This document shows, piece by piece, positions 13,422 through 27,200 of a DNA stretch of 64,000 bases (position 1 is its first letter; each line of letters starts with the position of its first letter). The notes beneath the pieces are model-generated. The model saw only the letters and a program-made list of their open reading frames with translations. It was not told the origin of the DNA and ran no database searches. The DNA is from Anolis carolinensis (Eukaryota): contig NC_085846.1 in NCBI RefSeq assembly GCF_035594765.1, positions 19,455,190 to 19,519,189 on the forward strand, given 5' to 3'. The position numbers were made by a program, and so were the translations under genes.

Positions 13422-13762
13422 TTCTGAGTAATAAGACTTATCTCTGTAGTATCTACAAAAAGATTTGCTTTCCATTCATATTCTCTGTCCAGGTTTACTT
13501 AAAATCCTGGTTTTTTTTTTTTTTTGATCCATGCATTATTTACAAAGAGGCAATTAATGCTTGTTTTGCCTGTGTATACCCAGAAACATGCTTTACTTTG
13601 AAAAAGTGTTTGACTACATATGTAATTGAGATAAGCACTAATTTCTTAATCTTGCAAACATGTTGTAAGACATAATACATGGAATACAATTTGAAAACAT
13701 GAATGTAATATTCTAATGTGGATATATTCTTTCTCTTTCCTCCTCCTCATCTGTACCTTCAG

Positions 13763-14620
13763 CTCATATATGGCTTTGCACCAGAAACAAATGATAAAAC
13801 CTCAGGATATTCCTTCTATCAAATGGTCCCCTCTGGACACTTTCAGTATGAAGGGATTCTCTCTTTGCTTTTGCATTTCAGGTGGACATGGATTGGTATC
13901 ATTACCATGGATAATGACAGTGGAGAAAGATTTGTGAAAACTGTGTTTCCAAAATTTTCAAAGGATGGTATCTGTTTTGCTTTCATAGAACAATTGCCCA
14001 TAATGAGGTCTGTTGCTGACATATATGATGCTCTGCAAGATGGGGTGAAATTGCATAGTAAAGTCACAAGCAGCAATGTCAATGTTTTGGTGATATATGG
14101 AGAATCTTATTTCATTGGGTTATTGCGATGCTTGCCATATATATCAGGAGAACAGATAGACAATGAATCAAATGGCAAGGTCTTCATAATATCATCACCA
14201 ATAGAATTCACTTCATTTGCCTTTCAAAAGATTTGGGATGACCAAATATTCCATGGAAGTATATCTTTTACAATCCACACTCGTGATCTACCAGGATTTC
14301 AGCAATTTGCTGGGGGCAGAAATCTTGTCAGTGCAAAATCAGATGGTTTTATCATGGATTTCTGGCAGCAGATCTTTGGCTGTACATTTCCACATATATC
14401 GGGGGATGAGATAGTTGGGACTATTTGCTCAGGAGAGGAGAATCTGGAGAGTCTCCCAGGATCTGTTTTTGAAATGAGCATGACTGGACACAGCTACAGC
14501 ATCTACAATTCCATCTATGCACTGGCTCACGCCTTACATGCTATGCTATCATCTAGGCTAAAATACAAAAACAAAGTGGACAGAGGTGGACTGCAACTCA
14601 AAAATAAACAGCAATGGAAG
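13763..14620 (+). CDS. V2R B exon 3 (open frame)
   Basis: TTCAG|LIYGFAP..QQWK|GTAG. Confidence 0.85.
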
Positions 14621-15526
14621 GTAGTGGCTTTCTTTCCTCATGTATCATCATATAAGTAGGATCTAATTTTATATTTAATTATCTCCCAATGTCCATATTT
14701 TATCATTAATTTTCAAGATATATTTGTATTCTGTGGTAGTTTCCATTTTATTCTGAAGTCGTGTTTGAGACAGAATGGAAAATGATGATGAGAACACTCC
14801 TCTTGTATTTTCTATTGCTTACATTGTTGCATTCAGGCCCATTCCTTGTCATCTCTTCCACATAATCTTCAGAAAATGTGGAATGTGAATGGGTATGTGT
14901 TCAACACAATAGAGCCTGTTTTCTTTTCCAAATAACCTTCACAAGATCTGTGAAACAGAACTTACTAGATACATAAGATATATGGATAGAATAAGCGCAA
15001 ACTCACATTTTAATTAAAATTATAAACAGCTTATACTTTTAGTAGGGCAGAATGCACGCTAAACCATCTTCCTAATTTAATAAAATGAAATGCAATATAG
15101 ATGGGGAAATGGTAAATTACTCTAATTCTTTCAAACTTGTGGGAGAGAGGGAACCAGACATACTTGTTAAAGAACTAGAAGTCATGCTTCTATTCAAATT
15201 CTGGTAAAATCAGGATTTTCAGTCAAGGTTTAAATCAACATTCAGAAATCCTGTATACCAGCAATCTACATAAATAGCAAAAATAATGTTTTAAAAATTA
15301 CTAACTGAGGAGTATCCATATGTAAGGAAATACCTCTAGTTTTGTTATTTTGCACATGAGAGGATTGATGGCACTGAAAACGGACTGCTTGTTTTGGGGC
15401 ACCCAAAACCCTAAGTTGATTCAGCTAGGGTTTTGAATGAGTGAATGAGACTTGGAAAGTTTGAAAAGATTGTAATCAACTTAAACTGTTTTTCCAATCT
15501 TTCTCTGCGCATTTCTCTCCATCTAG

Positions 15527-15754
15527 CTCCACCACTTTCTGAGGTGTGTCTCATTTAACAACAGTGCTGGAGACCAAATTTCCTTTGATCAAAGCAGGAA
15601 GTTAATAGCTGGATTTGATGTTGTCAACTGGATCATTTCTTCCAACCAATCATTTCATAAAGTGAAAGTAGAAAGGGTGGATCCCATGGCTTCTTCAGAC
15701 CAAGTGTTCTCTATAAATGAGAACATGATAACTTGGCATAGCTGGTTTAATCAG
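15527..15754 (+). CDS. V2R B exon 4
   Basis: [19 protein letters not shown]|GT; 228 nt. Confidence 0.85.
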
Positions 15755-16398
15755 GTAGAGTTCAGTTGGGAGACTATGCATTTTATCACACTAGGCTAAT
15801 AAAATGCAATTTTGGAAGAATAAGAGCATTTTTGGAAGGGCTTATGATGCTGTGGCTCTCTTGCAGTCACATTAGAGCTGAATTATGATTGAAATGTCTT
15901 ATTTATATTGTCTCTTCTTCAGTGTGACTGCTTAACAAATTATATTGATAATGATCCTGCACTGGGGTTGCATACTCTTTACTCTGTATATAGTGGAGTC
16001 ATGCATTGTTTGTGCTAAGCCATGCTTTTGAATAACAACTTTACAGAACCCAAATTGCAAATGCATGTGCAACAGCAGCAAATGCACAACCTCACTTCTA
16101 TAACTTCAGTTGGGTCTTGATATTCCTCATTGCACTAAAACGTCCAACTTCTACTCTTGGGAAAACATATGCTTGCATAAGGCACCATTACAATTTCAAT
16201 TATCATGTGCACTTTTTGAAAGATACTTTCAGTTCAAAACTTCAACATTGGCCCACCATTTCTAATATTTGCTTATTGGAATGGGAAAATTCCATGGAAA
16301 ACCAGTTTCTCTGATGTTAACATTAAAATGGCTCCAGAATTTCTAAGGTTCAAAAGGAATTGTTTGCACAATTAAAATCCTTCTCTTTATTTTTGTAG

Positions 16399-16525
16399 AC
16401 TCGGCCATCTTCTCTATGTACTCAGAGCTGTCATCCTGGCTCTTATAAGAAAAAAAGAAAAGGCGAACCATTTTGCTGCTATGATTGCATCTCATGTCCA
16501 AAAGGAAAGATTTCAAATCAGTCAG
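16399..16525 (+). CDS. V2R B exon 5
   Basis: TRPSSLCTQSCHPG..CCYDCISCP; 127 nt. Confidence 0.85.
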
Positions 16526-17131
16526 GTAAAAAATTAATCATGTCCATAATTGATCAAACAGATCACTTGAAATCCAAAGAATCAGGCTTATGTGGTTGAT
16601 GCTCCAAGGTCAGATGTTCTGACTTCAGGAGCAAAAGTTTAAACCACCCAAGACATTTAAATAAACCAACTTTATCCACTGCTGTCATATTTTGTAAGAA
16701 CAGAACTGTGCAAAACTTCTATTTGGAATCATAAATTTCATTCTGACATATGAGAAGGTGGGAAATGTCCTTCTGAAGTGGTTGAATCTCATGTTTTATC
16801 AACTCTAGGCTTAAATCCCATTGAAAGGTTCAACTAAAGTAGATGAAATGAATCAGTGGAATATATCGACCTATTTACCCACCATTCAACAGTTAATTCA
16901 ATTAATCTGTTATAATTGGGACCTACTACCAGGATCTAGGAGCCCCGGTGGCGAAGTGCGTTAAAGCACTGAGCTGGAGACCGAAAGGTCTCAGGTTCAA
17001 ACCCCGGGAGCGGCGTGAGCGTCCTCTGTTAGCTCCAGCTCCTGCCAACCTAGCAGTTCAAAAACATGCCAATATGAGTAGATCAATAGGTACCGCTCCG
17101 GCGGGAAGGTAACGGTGCTCCATGCAGTCAT

Positions 17132-19102
17132 AATAATAAATAATAATAATAAAACTTTATTTATACCCCGCCACCATCTCCCCAATGGGGACTCGGGGCG
17201 GCTTACATGGGGCCACGCCCAAAACAATACAATGTAAACAGCATATAAAAGAACAGCACAACACAATACAATAAACAATACAGTAAATAATATCCATTAC
17301 AAAATAAAACAAGGAGACAATAAAAACAAGGGCAGACCACATGAACATTAAGTTAAAACTCGGGGTGAGAAAGACATAAAAATAAAAACCACAGCGAACA
17401 GGGTCATAAGGGAGTGGGGTATTCTGGAGGATAGATATTAGGGGGAGTAACGGAAAAGAAATATAAAATGGTTACTCTCCAAAAGCGCAGCGAAAGAGCC
17501 ATGTTTTCAAGTCTTTCTTGAAGGCTGCTAGTGTGGGGGCTTGCCTAATCTCCGCGGGCAGAGAATTCCACAATCGGGGGGCCACAGAAGAAAAGGCCCT
17601 CTCCCTTGTTCCCACAAGGCGGGTCTGGGATATCGGGAGTGGGGACAGGAGAGCTTCCCCTGATGAGCGAAGGGATCGTTGTCAGGTCCCTGGCTGCTGG
17701 GCACCAATAACCTTACACAGAGGCCAGTCTCTATCTAATATCTTTATTAAAGAAATATATAAAATCAATAAAAACAAGTGAAGAATATAGTTCAGAAGCA
17801 GACCTTTCAAATGAGGTCAAATATAGTCCAAAAATGTATTGTCCAATAAATGATATTAGAGTTCAAAGTTTTAATCCACTTGACCGAAACACACACTTTG
17901 CCAAGCAATAGTGTGGGGAAATAACAGAGTCTTAGAGTCCAATGAAGCTTGACAACAAGGCTGGAAATAAACTTGATTCTTGACTAGGTCCGTGACTGGA
18001 GACAAGGCAAAACATGAAGCATGAAGCAGGGTCCGTGGTAAAACCGCGAGGCAGGGCAAGGCTTGAAGCTTGATCCGGGAAGCAAGGAACTGGGGTATGA
18101 AGTCCACACACGATCTGTCTCCTGAAGGTGATCAATTGACTCCGCAAAGAATCCCTCGCGCCAAACACCTATATTGGGTCTCGTTTTCCCGCCAACAGAA
18201 CTCTTTCCCTAGAGAACGAGAAGCGAAACCCAACTCTGTCCAGATATGTGACTCCTTAGAATTTCCCAAGGGAAGCAGGCCTAATCAGCTTGATGTTTGG
18301 CAGCTATGCGTAAACTCCTCCGTTGGGCTTCTCTGACTCCCCTTTCTCTAGAATAAGATTCCTTCCTGGGAAACGGAGGGGAGTTCTGCCCAAGGCCTGT
18401 TTGGCTGAATTCTTGAGGGCAAACATCAACATCCTGCAGGTGAAGGGACTCCGGCTCTTGCTGAACCGGCGAAAACCTCATGTTTTCCTCTTCGTCTGCC
18501 ACAATAGTACTAGGAACAGGACTACAAGGCCCATGAGTCATCACAATCGTGTAGGCTTGTGGTAGGAGATACGGTCACGAAGGTAGGTGGGTCCCAAACC
18601 GTTCAGGGCTTTATATGTGATGGTATACACCTTGAATTGGGACCGGAAAGTAAAAGGCAGCCAGTGGAGCTCCTTGAACAGGGGAGTAGATCTCTCCCTG
18701 TAACTCGCCCCCGTAATTAACCTGGCAGCCGAGCGCTGGACCAATTGTAGTTTCCGGGCCGTCTTCAAGGGAAGCCCCACGTAGAGCGCATTACAGTAGT
18801 CCAGTCTAGAGGTAACTAAGGCATGCACCACCGTGGTCAAGTCAGACTTCACGAGGTATGGTCGCAGTTGGTGCACAAGCTTGAGTTGTGCGAAAGCCCT
18901 CCCGGCCACCGCCGACACCTGCGCCTCAAGCGTCAACGCTGAGTCCAGGAGGACCCCTAAAGTGTGGACCTGTGACTTCAGGGGGAGTGCAACCCCGTCC
19001 AGCACAGGTTGCCACCCAATACCCCGATCCGACGCGCGACTGACCAGGAGGGCCTCTGTCTTGTCGGGATTGATCCTCAGCTTGTTCCTCCTCATCCAGT
19101 CC
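17132..19102 (-). mobile_element. 5'-truncated L2 LINE inserted into the Sauria SINE
   Basis: ORF2 C-terminus WMRRNKLRINPDKTE..VTSRLDYCNALY..LHWLP, continuing after the LTR as RAFSSVAPRLWNSLP to a stop at ~17472; (TTA)n tail. Confidence 0.92.
17680..18545 (-). mobile_element. Solo LTR (866 bp) inserted in the L2 ORF
   Basis: TGT..ACA termini, 5-bp TSD ATCGT (17675-79 and 18546-50), minus-strand AATAAA ~17745; its removal re-joins the L2 frame. Confidence 0.88.
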
Positions 19103-22100
19103 GCTGGCCACATGACCTTGGAGGTGTCTACGGACAACGTCGGCTCTTCGGCTTAGAAATGGAGATGAGCACCAACCCCCAGAGTCAGACACGATTGCAT
19201 TTAACGTCAGGGGAAAACCTTTACCTTACCTTACCAGGATCTAAGCCTTAGTCAGCCTGGTCAGTGGTGAGATATGTTGGGAGTAATAATTCATCCTCAT
19301 TTGGAATATGAAATTTCCCCTACTGAGCTATAGTACATTGATCAGGTTTATAGTATCATGTAAGCATAGACTGAAGCATCTTTTCTTCTTTTTCAGACAT
19401 GAATGATTGTTATAAATGCACAGATAAAAAGTTTTCAAATAAAAAACATGATTTATGTATTCCCAAATATATAAATGTCTTGTCCTTTGAAGAACCATTG
19501 GGACTCTGTTTAGCATGTTTTGCTATTTTCTTTACTTTGATTACAGGTTGTGTGCTAGGGATTTTTCTGAAGCATCACAATACTCCTATTGTCATAGCCC
19601 ACAACCGGGATCTTTCATACAGTCTCCTCATCTCACTGCTACTCTGCTTTCTTTGCACATTGTTATTCATTGGCAGGCCTCAACAGGTGACTTGTCTGTT
19701 TCGTCAAACTGCTTTTGGCGTTGTCTTCTCAGTGGCTGTTTCTTGTGTCCTGGCAAAAACTATCACAGTAGTACTAGCTTTTATGGCTGTAAAGCCAGGC
19801 TCTCGGATGAAGAAGTGGGTGGGGAAGAGATTTCCCAAAGTGATAGTTTTTGTAGGTTCCATTATCCAAGCAGTCATTTGTACTGTGTGGATGGCAAGAT
19901 TTCCTCCATTCCCAGATGTTGACACACATTCTATGACCAAAGAAATCATACTGGAATGCAATGAGGGATCTATACTTTTGTTTTATTGTGTTTTAGGCTA
20001 CCTTGGCTTCTTGTCCACCATTTGTTTCACTGTAGCTTTCCTTGCTAGAAAGCTACCTGACCGTTTCAATGAAGCCAAGTTTATAACTTTCAGCATGTTT
20101 ATTTTTTTGTAGTGTTTGGGTATTCTTTGTTCCAATCCATCTGAGTGTAAAAGGAAAATATATGGTAGCTATGGAGGTCTTTTCCCTGTTAGCCTCAAGC
20201 TCAGGACTTCTGGGTTGCATTTTTTCTCCTAAATGTTATATTATTTTGTTGAGGCCAGAGGTGAACAACAGGAAACAACTAATAAATAGAAAATGTTGAT
20301 TAATATTTGTATCTGTGCCTTGCAATATAACTTCTTCATAAAAGTAGCCATGAATAATTTCAACAATTTTTTCCTGTTGTGAGAACCACTATGTGATTCT
20401 TAAAAGCTATTTGCAATGTTGCCCGGTATAAACATTGCATAAAATCAGAAATAAAGCACATCATCATAATTGTTGTTGTTGTTGTTATTAAAAGAAGCTC
20501 AATAAGAGATGAAATTTCCCCCCTAATTTTGTTTCTGTAATGTTCAGTTCTTTCTTCGGTGAATACTGTCTCATATACTGTTGGACAAGTTGTTGTTGTT
20601 GTTGCTGCTGCGTGTCTTCAGGTTGGTTCTGACTTGTAGAGAGGGACCCCTAAGGCGACTAAAGGTTTTTGTTCTGTTTTTTGAGACAGAGGCAGGATCT
20701 ACACTGCCCTATATACCAGGATCTGATCCCAGATTATCTGTTTTGGATTGGATTATACGAATCTACACTGCCAGATAATCTGGGATAAACTGATAATCTG
20801 GGATCAAATCCTGGGACATAGGTGAGTGCATCCAACTTGAGGAAGTGTGACTTGCCCAAGCTCAGCCATTTTCTTTCTTTTGTGCTAACACATTTTCATA
20901 GCAAATAGTGAGTTTTCATTCTTAATTAAATTCAAAAAGAATTATGTAATACATTAAACAATATTTATTCTTCCTGGCTGGGGTAAGGTTAGTTTACCTT
21001 GTTTATCTAGAGCCAATGCTACTTATCATAACCAATATTAGTTCCAACATCATTCAAATTACACTATCCCACACACATTTTGATGCCTTAGATGTTAGCC
21101 CTGTTTCTGGGTATATTTGCCCTGCTGATTCTAATAATGGCTCCAGTTTTTCCATATCACTTCTCGTTTTTGAGATAGAGAAAATAATGCCATTATTCAT
21201 CTGTTCACTCATAGAAAATCATGATAACCGTATCTAAGAAACTAGACCTGATGCAGTCTATCCAATGCAATTTTCTGAATCAGTGCCCCAAATAACCCCA
21301 GAAACAAACCAAGAAACTAAGAATTTGTTTTGGTTGGGCTATATTATCCTTGATTATTTCATCTTTTCAATCATCTCCTAGTTCAAGTATATTCCTAACA
21401 CTTCTGACTGACGAGGTTGGATCTAAACGATATCATAACTGCAATAATTATAAGAGAGGAGAGAAGTTAATAGCTTCAGAAGACCTTTGGTTTTGTAAGA
21501 TCTTCTCTTACAAATGGCTTTTCTACACTTGCAAAAACCCTGGATGCACCCTAAATGGAAGGCTGCTGTCCCCACAATACACAGCAATTTCTGGTGGGTA
21601 TCTTGGAGACTTTGGCTTTAAACCAACTATATTGGAAATCCTGTTTAGCCCAACTCACTGTTAAGACTGGACACTAGCACCATCAGCCTTTTCCTGTGCT
21701 CATCAGCACAAGGAAAGGGATGGATCATGACCAAGTCCCTGCCACCACCCCTAGCCATGCACAAGCTCCATCCATATTCCTGGCCATCGTGGTTACTTCA
21801 GCTGACATTAGAATTGTGTACCCACACAACCTCAAAGAAGGACTGGGGAGCATAATCTGATATCATTGTCAGAATTGAACCCTGGAGATCACTTTTTTAG
21901 TTTCAGCATAAAGATATCATTTGAAGCATTTGGGTAGATTTTTCTGGACCTAGACATTTCTGTATCCGGAGAGTGACTAATTCATTTGGTGAAGGGTATG
22001 TCTTTGTATCTGCCTCTTTAGTTCAACAGTCATGAAAAGTTGAGAAGTAGATTTCCCTGGGAGTTGAGCTCCCACTTTAAGTCACCACCTTCAGGCCTCT

Positions 22101-23727
22101 TGGGCCTTCCAGTATTGGCTAGACAGAAAGCAACCCAGCCTTTGGATTCTCTTTAAGACTCAGGTGTTTTGGCTAAGGGGAGCAGGGGTGTAGGACTGCA
22201 TCTGCCCTATAACATTAATACATCACATTAAGTACAATGCTATGGAATCATAAGAGTTATAGTTTTAGAAAGCCTTTAGCTTCTTCTGCCAAAAAGCGCT
22301 GGTGCCTCAACAAACTACAAACCTCAGGATTCCATAGCATTTAGTCATGGTCATTTAAGTGGTGTCAAACTACCTTCATTTTACAGTGTAGGTGCACCCC
22401 AGCTCTAGGTAAAAAGATTTGTTCTCACACTACGCTTTTCTCCCCCTTTACAGCTCTTGGGACTTAAAATTTAACTAGGTTAATAGTTAAAATAAAGCGG
22501 TTTTTATTTAACATAATCTTTGTATCTGGTTTCTTTATTTCTGCTATTTTTCAACAACAACAAAAATCCGCAGGTGTTAGTTGCTCTGTATGTATGTGCT
22601 GTATTTTGCATGTATTTTTCCTGTCCTGATGTATTTGGTGTCATTCTCAGCTAGCCTAATAAAAATATCTTTTAAAATATTCAACATCAGTGTCATCCTT
22701 TTTTAATATCTGGTACCATACTTATTCTGTGAACAACAGTAATCTATATTTGAAGAGGTTGACTAGGGCTTGAACCCTTCTAGCAGAAATAAGGCAACAT
22801 AATTTGGCTTCAGTTGCTTCATTTGGGACAATGCCCAGATTTTTCTCCACCTCTGATAGTATTTATTTATTTATTTATTTATTTACAGCATTTATATACA
22901 GAGAAACCAATTTCATGATTCTATCATGGTGACCTGGGGCCTTAAACATGACCTAGGATCTCATCACATTACCTATGGGACTCGCCATGCATTGTGGCTT
23001 CCCCCTTACTCCATCCCATGGGGAGGAAACAGTCACCACCCGGCTTCCCTTTGTTGTTCCTATGCAATATGTTAAGCTTCCTGTGTTGCTGCACCCACAG
23101 AATAGGAAAAAGCTTTTTTATCTTTTTATCCATTTTTAAAATGATAAATCAAACCATCCAATTCACCATTCTGGACACAAGACGGCCTGTAATGTTTTCT
23201 TTTATGTGATTGTGAGGCATTGAATCTTTGCCATTTACTATACTGTTAAACCACTTTGAGTCCCCCTAGGGGTGAGAAAAGCGGTATAGAAATGGAATAA
23301 ATAAATAAATAAAGAGAAGGTATAACAAATACATATACAAGGACTCCAACAAGACAGGCATACAGCAATATCCATATTTATTTTTCTTCTCATACTACAC
23401 ACAATATCTTATCATACATTATCTTTCCATACTGCACACAATATCTTCCTATACTGCATAATATCTTATGAAGTAAACATCATTCTTTCCACATTTTCTT
23501 GGGACAAAAATATTGAACTTTGAATCATTTTTGGTACTATCATTTCATGTACAAGTGGGTCTAATGTTACTTTACAGTATAATTAGAAAAATGTCTGCGT
23601 TGAATTAGGTTTATTTTCTCTCAGTATATCCTGGAACACAGCTTGAATGAAAGATAATCTTGTCTTTGTACCTGAAAAACACGCAATTCTCAGAGCACCC
23701 ACATCATTAAATTATTTTTTTTTTCAA

Positions 23728-23764
23728 ATGTGACAAACATATTTTTGTTCCAACTCCCCAGGGA
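23728..23764 (+). promoter_or_regulatory. Candidate V2R promoter module upstream of gene C
   Basis: ATGTGACAAACATA followed by a consensus O/E (EBF) site TCCCCAGGGA at 23755-23764. Confidence 0.45.
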
Positions 23765-24034
23765 TCCCTGACTTTGAAGTAGTGTTGACTTTTTAATTGA
23801 ATTGTAAATTTGTTTCATGGGGACTAAGAAAAAAAACTCAAATCAGTGATGCATTTATAAATATATCATAGTACCATATTTTACCAGGTCTAAGGATTAG
23901 GATTAAAGAAGATAGGTATCTATAATCCAGCTATTCCATCTTTCAGGATAAACACCTTGTCTGAGCAATCATTTCAGTTAAAGCTGAAACTTGGAAATCC
24001 TAACTGAAATGTTATAGATTAAAATATTGATGAA

Positions 24035-24276
24035 ATGTCAGTGGAGGAAAGATTTCTAAGAATGATGATATTAATGATTTTGATACCTGGCATACTTCCT
24101 CACTTAAAGAACAAGGCACAGAAAATCCAGTGCATGATCCATTATCCTTACCCTCCACTTCACAAGTATCTTCACCCAGGAAAGCTTCTTCTTGGTTTTG
24201 TTGCATCACAGGCTATAATTGTTTCCAATGAAATCACCTTCACAGAAAGACCAAAATCAATGATTGAAGAGAATAT
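24035..24276 (+). CDS. V2R C exon 1
   Basis: [25 protein letters not shown]; AT|GTAAGA. Confidence 0.85.
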
Positions 24277-27200
24277 GTAAGACGTTAATTTTCTGTTTTT
24301 CCATCCTTTTTAGCAACTGTATGTGTGTGTGTATGTGTGTTTATGCATGTGTATTCTTCTGAAAAAATGGTGCATCATCTATTCCTGCATCTTCATGAAA
24401 TGTGAGAGATTTAATGCTAACGAAAAAAGATCCATTAAATGAGTGGAACCTATGATAATTTTTGATTTACCAATTTAATGTTAGTCTAATTGGAACTAAA
24501 ATTGGTTACAGGTTGCTTTATTTCTCAAGACCTGGCTATTTCACAATGCACATGACTGGATATTATGTGCAGTAACATATATGTCTATCTCTTTTGTTTC
24601 CCTTCTACAATTGATGGTATCTCTGGAATCTTCCAGCTATTATAATGTGGGCTGCAAAAAACATATATTTTAGTATCACCAGGAATCAAATTTCTGCTAA
24701 ACTTCAACCATATTCTTGTGGCAGTAATTTATCACTAGTTATAATTTATAAGTTATAAACTATGTATAATTTTTAAAAAGCAATGGTAAATCAATGATAA
24801 TTTTAAGCCAGAGAAAATATAATGAACAATGTTGTCAAAGTGTAATAAAAACACACATTGTAAGATCCCAAAATAACTTTTCTTTTGATTTCACACCTAG
24901 TGCTCACTGCCATACTTTCCAACATTAATATTTCCACTCCTTCTCCAGCATTATTAGATTGACGTCTTCCTCCCAGTTAGATTTTATTATCAGGATCTGA
25001 CAGTTAACTATTTCTACTTTTTCTTGGTTTTGCCATCTCAATAATCAAATCTGGCTATGGCAGGCTCAGAAAAGTTGTTAAAAGGAATAAAATTAAAGGG
25101 ATTGCTAACAATGGGCGTATTTAATTTTTTGAAAGTTGTCCTGCTGCTTTTTACATCATTCTACTTTCCTTTCTTTCACACCAATTTATATATTCGATTG
25201 CTCAGAGTAGCATCTAGCTATTAAAGTAGGATTGGAATTTGATCTAGTGTAAAGAGGTCGTAGGAAATGATAGTCACTCATTCTAACTTAGTAAGTGATA
25301 AAGGGTATGGGCCATTCCATGCTTACTCTCATTTCACTTCTCTTCTAGTATGGTGCCAAAGAATTACCAACATATTCTGGCTTTGGAATTTGCAATACAG
25401 GAGATAAATGAAAACCTGCAGATCCTACCCAATGTCACTCTGGGCTTCCACATTTATGACAGCTATTTCAACATAAAGTGGGCCTTCTATAGTGCAATCA
25501 TGTTTATATCCCTGTCTGGAATATGTGTTCCCAATTACAAATGTAAATTAGATAACAGCTTAGTAGCAGTAATTGGGGGACTGGACTCCCGAACCTCACT
25601 TCACGTGGCAACTATCTTGGATATCTACAAGATCCCTCAGGTAGGATGTATGTGTAAACAGTGAAAATATGCCTTTGTCATGTCTCTTTCCTTTGCCCCC
25701 CAAATGTGATTTTGAACTGTTGTATGCATGTTGAGTACATAAGCAGATATGACCTTCTCATTGAGTGAGATGTATGTATATTGAATTTAATTTTCAGTTT
25801 TTACATGATAGCAAGGGTGGATGGGATAGATATTGCTTGCTGACTCTCTTTTTTCAACACATCTCAGAAAGGAGAGCATATGTGTTGTATCTCAGAATAC
25901 ATTCACATGAACATTGCTCTCAAGTAATACATTTCTGGACAATGCATCCAGGTCATAAGGCACTCCTGAATATACTGAAAAGCTGTCAGCATATCCAGGT
26001 CACAAGGCACTCCTGGAAAAAAGTATAGGAAAAAAATACAAGTAAACTTTAATTTAATATTTCAGATTCAAAATAATTTGTATCTGAAAGGGAGAAATAA
26101 GGTTCAGTGGGAAATAATGCAGAGAACTCTGCAACCTGATAATGGACCACTATATTAAGACCTATATAATCCAATGAAATATAAAGAGATGGCAAGAAAA
26201 AAAAGGACTATGGCAATCTCAATCGAGAACTCAAGACTACAGTAGGTATGAATAGATCTGGATCTCATGTTTTCTATAAGGACCTTTAGTTGGACCTAAT
26301 TAAAAATAGACAGTCTCTTAATGAAGAAGGAGGCGAGAGAAGTACAAGCCCTGTGTAAAAAGAAAGCTGGGTTATAAACCAAATAAAGAATAAAATACAT
26401 GAAACCATTCGCATCAAGATTTCAAATGATATACTCAAAATGAGTATATAATACTATTCATTATATCATTGAAATTGAATGCGGGATTAGTTCTCTGTAA
26501 ATGAAGGTAGTATAATATTGCTTTATAATGTACTACAAAATCAATACTGAATTTCTATGTCACAAAATGTTGTATTTAACTATGTGTGTACTAAAACTAT
26601 TGTAATTTAATAATCCTCTTTCCCTGTTTGTTTTCATATTTCTCTGTAGCTCATATATGGCTCTGCTCCAGTGATGGATGAGAAAACCTCTGGGATTCCC
26701 TTCTATCAGATGGTACCTGAGGAAACTGCTCAGTATGCAGGGATTCTCTCTTTACTTCTCCATTTCAGATGGACATGGATTGGAGTCCTGACTACAGATG
26801 ATGACAACGGAGAAAGATTTGTGAAAAATGTACTCCCAGTATTTTATGAGAATGGTGTCTGTTTTGATTTCGTAGAAAAAGCAACCAGATTGCATGTTGT
26901 GACTGTTTTTGATCATGTTATGCTCCAAGGGGCAAGAATACATGATAAAATTATGTCTAGCAAAGCCAATGCAATGCTGGTTTATGGAGAATCAGATTCC
27001 ATGGTGTCATTGAGATGGCTGGCATATCTTTCCGAAATAGAAGAAATTGAACTTACCTTTAAACCAAAAGCCAAAGTGTGGATAATAACAGCCCAGATGG
27101 AGCTCATGTCAACAGCTTATCAAAGAACTTGGGACGCAAATATGTTCCATGGTGCAATTAGTGTCACAATTCATTCTAACAATATACCAGCATTTCAGCA

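Larger units (their letters stand above)
16939..19231 (+). mobile_element. Sauria SINE split into 16939-17131 and ~19103-19231
   Basis: tRNA head with B box GGTTCAAACCC, (ACCTT)n tail, 12-bp TSD TACCAGGATCTA at 16927-16938 and 19232-19243. Confidence 0.9.
13763..20299 (+). pseudogene. V2R gene B: exons 3-6 only, join(13763..14620,15527..15754,16399..16525,19397..20299), with +1 frameshift in TM6
   Basis: Exons of 858/228/127 nt are open with GT-AG sites. The T7 run at 20102-20108 gives TAG at 20110-20112; removing one T restores [22 protein letters not shown] at 20299. No exon 1/2 homology seen in 10477-13762. Confidence 0.85.

Noticed and set aside
21500-22520. Possible old solo LTR upstream of gene C
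   Set aside because: Composition is suggestive but I could not define TG..CA ends or a TSD.
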